Positions 31,901 to 40,670 of a DNA stretch of 64,000 bases are shown piece by piece (within the stretch, counting starts at the first letter, position 1; every line of letters starts with the position of its first letter). Origin of the DNA: an uncultured Gemmatimonadaceae bacterium (GTDB taxonomy: Bacteria > Gemmatimonadota > Gemmatimonadetes > Gemmatimonadales > Gemmatimonadaceae); contig CAWHHI010000017.1 of NCBI GenBank assembly GCA_963829055.1, positions 64,001-128,000 of the forward strand, read 5' to 3'. A model generated the notes under the pieces. It ran no database searches. It was not told the origin of the DNA and was given only the letters and a program-made list of their open reading frames with translations. Made by a program: the position numbers and the translations under genes.

Positions 31901-32449
31901 TCAGGATCGGACAACCCGACACGGATTGCCAGCGGCCACCACGCCACTCGGCACATCACGCACGACGACACTTCCCGCCCCCACGATGCTGTCCGCGCCG
32001 ATCGAGACTCCGGGACACACGATCACGCCGCCACCGAGCCACGCCCGCGAGCCGATCGTGATCGGACGGGCCAGCTCGGCGCCGGCTGTACGCGTTGCCG
32101 CGTCTCGCGGGTGATCCGCCGTGAGTAGCTGGACGTTCGGACCGAGTTGCGCGTGTGCGCCAATGATGATCGCTGCCGGATCGAGGAACACCGCGCCGAA
32201 GTTGATGAAGACTCCGTCGCCCAGCTGTATCTGTGTCCCGTAGTCGCAGAGGAACGGTGGCTCGATCCACGCGCCGTCGCCCACGGCACCGAGGAGCTTG
32301 GACAGGAGTGTCGCGCGCTGCGCGGCGTCTTCCGGATCGCTGGCGTTGAACTGCGCACAGAGCCGACGCGCGTGAACCCGGGCCGCGACGAGCTCCGGCG
32401 CACTCGCGAGATAGAGATCGCCGCGCAGCATCTTCTCGCGTTCACTCAC
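31901..32449 (-). CDS. Sugar O-acetyltransferase (maltose/galactoside acetyltransferase family)
   Basis: EKMLRGDLY, IEPPFLCDYG, hexapeptide repeats and AGNPCRV; GTG start at 32449 or ATG at 32458. Confidence 0.92.
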   Translation of the reverse strand: MSEREKMLRGDLYLASAPELVAARVHARRLCAQFNASDPEDAAQRATLLSKLLGAVGDGAWIEPPFLCDYGTQIQLGDGVFINFGAVFLDPAAIIIGAHAQLGPNVQLLTADHPRDAATRTAGAELARPITIGSRAWLGGGVIVCPGVSIGADSIVGAGSVVVRDVPSGVVAAGNPCRVVRS

Positions 32450-32453
32450 TGCA

Positions 32454-32589
32454 GTCATTCCGAGCGGAGCGCCGAAGGCGCGGAGTCGAGGAATCGCGAT
32501 CGTACGGGTAGAGGGGTTCCTCTATCGGGACGATCGCGATTCCTCGACTCGCTGTCGCTCGCTCGGAATGACCACCCGCTCGGAATGAC
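32454..32589. repeat. REP-like palindrome family B
   Basis: GTCATTCCGAGCGGAGCG...GTCGAGGAATCGCGATCG...CGATCGCGATTCCTCGAC...CGCTCGGAATGAC (twice). Confidence 0.9.
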
Positions 32590-32658
32590 GTCCCAGGTCT
32601 TGCCCGCCGCGGCACCCTGCGGCAGAATCCATGTCGGTCCACGTGCGAGGAGCTCGTC

Positions 32659-32868
32659 ATGACGGCCATGTTCGCGCAAGTCGCTCAGTTGATCCAGGGG
32701 GCCTTGCTGCCCGAAAACCGATGGACGCTGCTACTCATTGCGGCCATCGGCCTCGGCGGATTCGCCGCGGTGCGTGGGAAGTTGACCGAGTCCTGGGTGC
32801 TCATCCCGCTGCTCGCGCTGATCATCTGGTACGCGATGTATCGCTGGCTCGACCTCAGGGCCCGATAG
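32659..32868 (+). CDS. Small two-TM membrane protein (69 aa)
   Basis: GAGGAG RBS; two hydrophobic helices; GC3-rich codons. Confidence 0.7.
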   Translation: MTAMFAQVAQLIQGALLPENRWTLLLIAAIGLGGFAAVRGKLTESWVLIPLLALIIWYAMYRWLDLRAR

Positions 32869-32887
32869 CTGCGACGCCAGCTCCGTC

Positions 32888-35317
32888 TCAGCTCGATCGC
32901 ATCGCGGCCATCGGATCGACGCGCGTGGCTCGACGAGCGGGGATGAGGCACGCGGCAACGCCGCTCACGACGAGCACCGCCACCACCGCCGCGAACACGG
33001 TTGGATCCGCGGTGCCCACGCCGAACAGCATCACCTGCAGGCCGCGCGCCAACAGTAGCGCGAGCACGAGGCCGATCGCGAGACCGACGCCGAGCTGCAC
33101 GAGCCCCTGACGTAGCACGAGCCGCAGGACGTCTCCGGGGCCGGCGCCAAGCGCGAGCCTAACGCCCATCTCCTGCGTGCGGCGGCTGACCGAGAACGAC
33201 ATCACGCCGTACAGCCCGATCGCGGCGAGGAACAGCGCCGCGACGCCGAACGCGCTGAACAGCGTACCGAACGTGCCGTAGAACCACGTGCTCAACGCCA
33301 CCACCTGGTCCATCGTCCGCACGTCGTACGTGGGGATATCGGCATCGATCGACGCGACGATCTCGCGCACGCGACTCGTGAGCGCCAGCGGATTCGCGTC
33401 CGACGTCCGAACGGCAACACTCACCGCGCTCGGCGCGGCCTGCGCCGCTGGCAGGTAGAAGCCCGCGCCGTTCTCCGCATCGCGCACGCCGTTCATGTGC
33501 GCGTCCGGCACGACGCCTACGATAGTCAGCCACGGCGCCGTCGACTTCTCTTCGCCGACGCGGAAGCGACGACCGATCGCGTCGCCGTTCGGGAAATGGC
33601 GACGCACGAAGCTCGCGTTCACGACGGCGACGGGAACGGAGCCCGCGCGATCGGCCGGCGTGAAGCCACGCCCCTGACGGATCGCAATGCCGAACGTCGA
33701 GAAGAACGTCGGCGTCACAGCGACCTCGCGCGCGAACGGGCGATCGTTCTCCGTCGCGTAGCGCTCGCCTTCGACCGTATACTCCGCGCCTGACGACGGC
33801 GTCAGCGGAAGCGCGGTCGAGAGCGTTACGGCGCGCGCGTTAGGCTCGCGCTCCAGCCGACGCGTGAGCTCCTCGACGAACCGCACACGCTTCTCTGCAT
33901 CCGGGTACGTGCTCGCGGGAAGATCGACGCGCGCGGTGAACATCGACGCCGTGGTGACGCCGAAATCAGTGCGCTGGAGCACCACGATACTCTTGATCGC
34001 CATCCCGGCCGCGACGAGCAGCGCACATGACAGCGCGACCTCCGCTATCACGAGCGCGCGGCTGAAGCGCGCGAGCCGGAAGCTCGACGAGCCGCGTCCC
34101 TCGTCCTTGAGCACGTCACCGATGCTCACGCCGGACGCCTGGATCGCCGGCAGCACTCCGGCGAGCAGACTCGCGAGCGTCGTGATGCCGACAGTGAACG
34201 CCACCACCGTGAAGTCCATGTTCACGCGAATCCAGAACGGAATCTCGATAGCGGACTTCATCGCGTTATTGAAGAACGAGACGCCGGCGAATCCGATGCC
34301 GAGCCCCAGTGCGCCACCTAACGCGGAAAGTACGAGCGCCTCCGCCATGAACTGGACGAGGATGCGACGACGCGTCGCGCCAAGCGCGCTGCGGATCGCG
34401 ACCTCGCGACTGCGCACGACGGCGCGCGCGAGCAGGAGGTTCGCAACGTTCGCGCAGGCGATGAGCAGCACGCCGAGCACGGCGACGAACATCGTATAGA
34501 AGAGCACGAGCTCGTCGCTGTTGACGAACTCCCGCGCGTACGGCTTGAGGATCGGCAGCACGCCCGCGTTCGTCGCCGGATAGCGCGTCTCGAGCGCCTT
34601 GGTCACCGTCGCCATGTTCGCGTAGGCGCGATCGAGTGACACACCGGGACGAAGTCGACCAAATACCTCGAGCCGCTGGCCCTCTCCGCGCGGAATCTCG
34701 AGGGGGTTCAGGCGGAGCGGGACCCAGATGTCCTGTCTGACCGGAAACGCGAACCCCTTGGGCATGACGCCGATGATCGTCGCGGGGTCGCCGTTCACCC
34801 GCACGACGCGCCCGATGATCCCCGGATCGCGCGCGAACCGGTTCTCCCAGATCGTGTTGCCGATGACGACCACGTTCGGCGCCCCGGGGCGTTCATCGTC
34901 CGCGGTCAGCGTGCGACCCATGGCTGCCCGCACACGCGCCAGGCCGAACATGCTCGCCGTCGCGAACGCGCCCGAATACCGCTCGGCTCGCGCACCCGGC
35001 GCGGCGAGATTGACCGTACCCTCGTAAAACGCGGCCAGGTCCGTGAACGATTGCTGCGCACTGCGCCAGTCGACGAAGTCGTGAATTGGAACCGGCACGC
35101 TCTGAACGCCTGCCGGCAGGTTGCTCTCCTCGATGTGAACGAGCTCCTCCGGCTTCTCCAGCGGCAGCCCCTTGAGAACGACACCGTCGAGGATGCTGAA
35201 CGTCGCCGTGGTCAGGCCAATACCCAGCGCGAACGCGAGCACGGCGATGGCCGAGAGGCCGGGGCTCCGCGCGAGAAAGCGCGTCGCGAGGCGAACGTCG
35301 GAGATCGATGACTTCAT
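32888..35317 (-). CDS. ADOP duplicated ABC permease (MacB/FtsX repeats)
   Basis: ALGIG, LLIACANVANLLLAR, REVAIRSALGA, GLYGVMSF and PARRATRVDP motifs. Confidence 0.93.
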   Translation of the reverse strand: MKSSISDVRLATRFLARSPGLSAIAVLAFALGIGLTTATFSILDGVVLKGLPLEKPEELVHIEESNLPAGVQSVPVPIHDFVDWRSAQQSFTDLAAFYEGTVNLAAPGARAERYSGAFATASMFGLARVRAAMGRTLTADDERPGAPNVVVIGNTIWENRFARDPGIIGRVVRVNGDPATIIGVMPKGFAFPVRQDIWVPLRLNPLEIPRGEGQRLEVFGRLRPGVSLDRAYANMATVTKALETRYPATNAGVLPILKPYAREFVNSDELVLFYTMFVAVLGVLLIACANVANLLLARAVVRSREVAIRSALGATRRRILVQFMAEALVLSALGGALGLGIGFAGVSFFNNAMKSAIEIPFWIRVNMDFTVVAFTVGITTLASLLAGVLPAIQASGVSIGDVLKDEGRGSSSFRLARFSRALVIAEVALSCALLVAAGMAIKSIVVLQRTDFGVTTASMFTARVDLPASTYPDAEKRVRFVEELTRRLEREPNARAVTLSTALPLTPSSGAEYTVEGERYATENDRPFAREVAVTPTFFSTFGIAIRQGRGFTPADRAGSVPVAVVNASFVRRHFPNGDAIGRRFRVGEEKSTAPWLTIVGVVPDAHMNGVRDAENGAGFYLPAAQAAPSAVSVAVRTSDANPLALTSRVREIVASIDADIPTYDVRTMDQVVALSTWFYGTFGTLFSAFGVAALFLAAIGLYGVMSFSVSRRTQEMGVRLALGAGPGDVLRLVLRQGLVQLGVGLAIGLVLALLLARGLQVMLFGVGTADPTVFAAVVAVLVVSGVAACLIPARRATRVDPMAAMRSS

Positions 35318-35462
35318 GGGCGTCGTCCTGGTAGGTGAGTCGGCCGGTCCGGGATGAGGGACGGACGGACCCCGCCGGGAGAAGTTTCAGCGATGTGACG
35401 AGACGAGACCCGCCTACACCAGGCGCACCGGACGCCGCCGTTCGCGGCGCGGCGCCGGCGTC

Positions 35463-36587
35463 TCAGTCGCCTTCAGGCTTCCACTCACCGGACAGCTCCT
35501 GCCACATCCGGTCGATCGCCGATCCCTTCATCTGCGCGTCGAAGTTCGCGCGGAGGAACGCATCGCCATGCGAGAAGCGTTCGCCTAACGCCGCGAGATC
35601 GATCGCGGCGCGGAGCTGATCCGCGGTCATTCCAGGACGGTACGCCGCCTTCGCCTGACGCGAGATCGACTCGAGCGTCTCGGCCACGTCGCGCAGATAT
35701 TGATTGTCGCGCATGACAGGCCCGTGCCCGGGGACGATGCTCGCAACGTCCATGCGCTCGATGGTGCGGAGGACGACTGCCCACTCGGTGATGTAGGACT
35801 CTGTCGCGAACGGGAACGGAAAGACAATGAGATCGCCGACGAGCAGACTTTTCGAGTCCGGCAGGTAAGCGACGATATCGCCGGCCGTGTTGCCGCGTCC
35901 GAGGAAGCTGAGCTCGACGCTGCGTTTGCCGAGGTCGAGTGTCAGCGTCGTATCGATCTGGCGGTCGACGCCGCGGTACTCCATCGCATCGCACTCCGGC
36001 ATCTGCGCATCCGTCGCCTCGGCGAAGTTCTGCAGGCGATGGAGTGTGGAGTCGGAGATCGGAGTGCCGTCGGGTCGCTTGCGGCTCGCGAGCAGGTCGC
36101 GGAGCGGCTGTGAGGAATCCACGAGATCTTTCCTGCACGCCTCGCCGCGAAAGCTGTCGCGACGACTCTCGATCATCTTCGCGGTGAACGTGTGCGCGAC
36201 GATCTGGACGCCGGGGTAGGCCCTGGCGATTTCGGCGTTGCCCGCCCAGTGATCGTCGTGCCAGTGTGAGATGACCACGTAGCGCACCGGCTTGTCGGTG
36301 AGCCGCTTCACGTCGCCGGCGATCTGCCGCGTGATCGACGGATGGTGTCCCGTGTCGAAGAGCAATACGGCGTCCGTACCGATCACCGCGATGATGTTGC
36401 TGCTGACGATCGGGTTGAGGCGCTTCTCGAAGAAGCCGTAGACGTTCGGCGCGATCTCGACGGTGTCGTAGTCGAACGGCCCGGGCGCGCGAACCGAGGG
36501 CGTGCCGGCCGTCGCCAACAGCGAAGTGGCGACGAGCGCGGATCGGCTGGCGCGGAGCCCAGTACGGGCGGGATGAGGTAGCCGCAT
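35463..36587 (-). CDS. Metallo-beta-lactamase-fold hydrolase (glyoxalase II/cyclase-like), probably exported
   Basis: LFDTG, SHWHDDH, GNTAGD, GDL and VPGHG motifs. Confidence 0.88.
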   Translation of the reverse strand: MRLPHPARTGLRASRSALVATSLLATAGTPSVRAPGPFDYDTVEIAPNVYGFFEKRLNPIVSSNIIAVIGTDAVLLFDTGHHPSITRQIAGDVKRLTDKPVRYVVISHWHDDHWAGNAEIARAYPGVQIVAHTFTAKMIESRRDSFRGEACRKDLVDSSQPLRDLLASRKRPDGTPISDSTLHRLQNFAEATDAQMPECDAMEYRGVDRQIDTTLTLDLGKRSVELSFLGRGNTAGDIVAYLPDSKSLLVGDLIVFPFPFATESYITEWAVVLRTIERMDVASIVPGHGPVMRDNQYLRDVAETLESISRQAKAAYRPGMTADQLRAAIDLAALGERFSHGDAFLRANFDAQMKGSAIDRMWQELSGEWKPEGD

Positions 36588-36711
36588 TCGCCAAGGTTGC
36601 GCCGCGCATGCGGTGGTGATTGCACGATATTGTGCGACCGCCGGCGAGTGCGTCGCCCCTGTCGAGCCGAGGCGATAGCTTTCCTGTCGACCCACCCATA
36701 ACGGAGCGAAT

Positions 36712-38440
36712 GTGAACGCACCCGTCTTTCGTCGAACCGCGAGCCTCGGTGTCCTGGCGACCGTGGCCTGCCTCGCATGCAACTCCAGCGGCGAGGACGC
36801 GAGCCGGGATGCCGCGGTGTCCAGCGCGGCGCTGCAACCCGCGCTGGCGGCGATCACCGCCGACAACATTCTCCAGCACGTGAACCGCCTCGCGTCGGAT
36901 GGCTTCGAAGGGCGCGGTCCGGGCACGGCCGGCGAGGACAGCTCGGTCGCGTACATCACGGAGCAGTTCAAGGCGCTGGGCCTCGCGCCGGGCAATCCGG
37001 ACGGCACGTACATCCAGCCCGTCTCGATGATCGGCTACACGAGCCATCCCGATGCGTCGATCGCGGTTGGCGGGAAGACGATGAAGCTCCGCTTCCCTAA
37101 CGACTACGTCGCCGTCTCGCGCCGCAACGCGAACGCCATTCGCGTCGACAACTCGGACGTCGTGTTCGTCGGCTACGGCGTCGTCGCGCCCGAGTACGGC
37201 TGGGACGACTACAAGGGGCTCGACGTGAAGGGCAAGACGATCATCATGCTCGTCAACGATCCCGCGGTGCCGAGCCCGACGATTCGACGAAGCTCGACTC
37301 GACGATGTTCAAGGGCAAGGCGATGACCTACTACGGCCGCTGGACGTACAAGTACGAGATCGCGTCCGAGAAGGGCGCGGCGGCGGCGATCATCGTGCAC
37401 GAGACCGGGCCGGCGGGGTACCCGTACGAGGTGGTCGTTGGCAGCTGGGGCCGCGAGAACTTCGACGTCAAGGCGACTGGCCCGACGAATCGCGTGGCCG
37501 TCGAGGCCTGGATGGCACTCGACAAGACCAAGGAGCTGTTCCGCAACGCGGGGCTCAACTTCGATTCGCTCAAGAAGGCCGCGACGCGCAAGGACTTCAA
37601 GCCCGTCGCGCTCAACGCGAAGGCGACCTTCCACGTGCGCAACCAGGTGCGCGAGATCCAGTCGAAGAACGTCGTCGCGAAGCTCGAGGGATCGGACGCG
37701 AACCTCAAGGACGAGTACGTCGATCTACACGGCGCACTGGGACCACCTGGGCCGTGACACGACGCTCAAGGGCGACCAGATCTTCAACGGCGCGCTCGAC
37801 AACGCGTCGGGCGTCGGCGCGCTGCTGACCGTCGCCAAGGCGTTCAAGGCGCTGCCGAAGCCGCCGGCGCGGTCGATCCTCTTTCTCGCGGTGACGGCCG
37901 AGGAGCAGGGCTTGTTCGGCGCGAAGTAGTACGCCGACGCATCCGCTCTACCCGCTGAACAAGACGCTGGCGGACATCAACATGGACGGCGTCAACCAGT
38001 GGGGCAAGACGAAGGACCTGACGGTCGTCGGCTACGGCAACTCGACGCTCGATGACTTGTTAGGCACCGTGCTCGCGTCGCAGGGTGGCCGGACGATCAA
38101 GCCGGACCCGGAGCCCGAGAAGGGCTTCTTCTACCGCTCCGATCACTTCGAGTTCGCGAAGCAGGGCGTGCCGGCGCTCTACGTCGAGGCGGGCACGGAG
38201 TACGTCGGCAAGGACTCGACGTACGGCCAGAAGAAGCGCGACGAGTACACGGAGAACGACTACCACAAGCCGTCGGACCAGGTGAAGCCGGACTGGGATC
38301 TGTCGGGCGCGGTCGAGGACCTTCAGGCGTTCTTCCAGGTCGGGTATCGCGTCGCGCAGACGGACCGCTGGCCCGAGTGGAAACAGGGGACGGAGTTCAA
38401 GGCCAGGCGAGATTCGATGGTGAAGGGCGATAAGCCGTAA
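36712..38440 (+). CDS. M28 aminopeptidase with PA domain, lipoprotein; frameshifts and a probably erroneous TAG at 37927
   Basis: Lipobox [54 protein letters not shown]. Confidence 0.9.
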
Positions 38441-38446
38441 AGAGCA

Positions 38447-38550
38447 GGCTGGTGGCTGGGTGCTCGTGCTGGTGGCTGGGTGACGCTGGATGGGGACCCG
38501 CTGCAACCAGCGTCACCCAGCAACAAGCACGAGCACCCAGCTACCAGCTC
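38447..38550. repeat. Hairpin made of family-D arms between convergent genes
   Basis: GCTGGTGGCTGGGTGCTCGTGCT...CTGGGTGACGCTGG pairs with CCAGCGTCACCCAG...AGCACGAGCACCCAGCTACCAGC. Confidence 0.8.
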
Positions 38551-38559
38551 CTGCAGTTG

Positions 38560-39759
38560 TCAGTACCCGAGTGTCAAGGCAAGTGATTCAGTCGGTAGCA
38601 TGTCCTTCCATTGGTGGATGAGCCTCTGATACGCATGCCCGACCGCACGCTGTTTGCGGTCGATGTCGTAGAGGCCTAACGAGTTCACGCGGCCGTTGTT
38701 CTCGCGCAGGCTCGTGTCCCAGTCCACCTGGTCGATCAGCGAGTACCAGGTGAAGCCGACGATCGGGATGCCGTCTTCCTTGAGACGGATCATCTGGGCC
38801 CACTCCTTCCACAGCCACCGCTCGGCGAACGGCTCCTTGATGTTCGTCTCGGTGTGCATGACCGGGAGGCGATAGCGGCTGAAATATTGCCGAGCGAGGA
38901 TGTAGTAGCCGAAGATCTCGCCAGCCGTCTTCGTCTCGCGCTCCTCGCAGACGAGGTGCTCGTTCGTCTCGTAGTAGTCCGTTCCCATGATGCAGTGCGC
39001 CTTCACGCGGTTCTCCTGGAACCAGCGGTACTCCTCGCGGGTCATGCCGTAATCCATCAGGTATTGATAGATCGGCGCGGAGACGGGATAGCCATACGTG
39101 AGGTCGAGCGCGAGAAAGCGTCGCTCGTTGAGAAAGCGCGCGAGCGGCAAGCACGTCGGATCCTCCGGATGGAAGTACTCCGACGATTCGCTCTGGATGA
39201 ACGTGGGGCGGTCGATCGTGCCGAGGATCGCGACCATCGCGCGCACGTTCGCCTCGCACAGATGCCTGATCGCGGTGACGAACGCGCGCTCGCTGCGCAG
39301 CCGTTCGTTCCACCAGCCGTTCAGCGCGGAGAACGTCGCGGCGATGAAGATCTCGTTGACAGGCGTGTAGAGCTTGAGCCACGGATAGCGCTGCGCGAAC
39401 GCGCGCGCGTATTCGGCGAAGTGGCGGGGGAAGTCCGGGTTCTGAAAGTCGCCGAGCCAGTCGGGAATCCCGAAGTGACAGAGGTCGACGATCGGCGTGA
39501 TGCCGAGCTCGCTCAGGGCGTTGAATGTCTCATCCGCGAACGACCAGTCGTAGCGGCCGGGACCGAGATGCGTACGGTAGTACGGCGGACCGTAGCGGAG
39601 AAACGGGATGCCCATCTCGACCACGAGGCCGAAGTCCTCGCGCCACCGCTCGTAGTGTCCCGTCTTCTCCATCTCGTCGACGCGCATGGTGCTTCCATCC
39701 GGGAGCGCGACAGTCGGGTAACTGTTCTCGATGCCGGACGCGAACATGAAGTCGTGCAT
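38560..39759 (-). CDS. Glycoside hydrolase family 1-like protein
   Basis: FASGIENS, LRYGPP, DLCHFG, TPVNE (acid/base), HTETN (nucleophile) and GFTWYSLIDQVDW motifs. Confidence 0.88.
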   Translation of the reverse strand: MHDFMFASGIENSYPTVALPDGSTMRVDEMEKTGHYERWREDFGLVVEMGIPFLRYGPPYYRTHLGPGRYDWSFADETFNALSELGITPIVDLCHFGIPDWLGDFQNPDFPRHFAEYARAFAQRYPWLKLYTPVNEIFIAATFSALNGWWNERLRSERAFVTAIRHLCEANVRAMVAILGTIDRPTFIQSESSEYFHPEDPTCLPLARFLNERRFLALDLTYGYPVSAPIYQYLMDYGMTREEYRWFQENRVKAHCIMGTDYYETNEHLVCEERETKTAGEIFGYYILARQYFSRYRLPVMHTETNIKEPFAERWLWKEWAQMIRLKEDGIPIVGFTWYSLIDQVDWDTSLRENNGRVNSLGLYDIDRKQRAVGHAYQRLIHQWKDMLPTESLALTLGY

Positions 39760-39861
39760 GGGGCGGGACTGGGATCGGGGGTCGGGGCAGCGTGGGCATA
39801 GTGAACCGTGGCCAAGTGCAGCAGTCGGGCCGCGCGTCGCTGGCATTGATAGCTTTCGGCC

Positions 39862-40492
39862 ATGGCTGAGCGAAGGCACGGCGCGAAGGCGCCCGCCGAC
39901 GGATGGGACCGTGTCCGGGGCCGACTGGTCCGACAAGGACATTTCGGGCGAGACGCACGAGCGCGTCGCGTTCGTCGACCTCGACCTGACGGAGGTCGTC
40001 AACAACGGAGCGACGTTCTCCGAGTGCACGTTCCGTCGCGCGCGCTTCAACGCGTCGGTGCACACGGACGCGGCATTCATGAACTGCACATTCACGAATT
40101 GCAACTTCTTCGACGCGCAGTTCCATCAGTGCAAGCTCGTCGGAAGCATGTTCGACCGCTGCACGTTCGAGATCACGAAGGTGGTCGGCGGGAACTGGTC
40201 GCTGGTCGGATTGCCGGGCGCGGATCTCCGTAGCGCGTCGTTCACCGGCGCGCGCATGCGCGAGGCAGATCTCACGGGTGCGCGCTGTCGGGAGGGGTCG
40301 TTCCGCGACGTCGATCTCGCGGGTGCGCTGCTGGCGCGTGCGGACTTCTCGTTATGCGACCTGCGGGGGAGTGACCTGAGCTCGCTGGACCCGGCGGAGA
40401 CGGAGATCCGGGGCGCGATCATCACGCTCGATCAGGCGATCGTGATCGCAACCGCGCTCGGCCTCGATATCCGGGCGGATGAGGAGGACTGA
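39862..40492 (+). CDS. Pentapeptide-repeat protein (MfpA/Qnr-like fold), probable frameshift near the start
   Basis: Runs of A-D/S-L/F-x-x (ADLRS, ASFTG, ARMRE, ADLTG, ADFSL, CDLRG, SDLSS). Confidence 0.88.
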
Positions 40493-40504
40493 ACTGCAGG
40501 ACTG

Positions 40505-40665
40505 AACTGCAGCTGGTGGCTGGGTGCTCGTGCTTGTTGCTGGGTGACGCTGGGTGCGGCTGCGATGCAGCGAGCAGCGCGTGGCGTACCGGGCGCTAAT
40601 AGCAGCAGCGCGCAGCGTGCGGCCGCAGCATGCAGCCGTCGGCAACAGTTCCCAGCGTGCAGCCG
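40505..40665. repeat. Repeat family D, reverse copy
   Basis: Reverse complement of 17231-17388. Confidence 0.85.
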
Positions 40666-40670
40666 CGTGT

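Noticed and set aside
29671..36587. Antibiotic-resistance island (serine beta-lactamase fold, VOC, acetyltransferase, MBL fold)
   Set aside because: All are broad superfamilies common in soil bacteria; there is no mobile element, and the sequence does not show resistance-specific subfamilies.
37927..37929. In-frame TAG in the M28 peptidase as stop-codon recoding
   Set aside because: It is followed at once by a frame change (expected KYYA..HPLYPL), and TAG ends many genes here, so it is probably a base-call error.
39862..40492. qnr-type quinolone resistance gene
   Set aside because: Only the generic pentapeptide fold can be supported.
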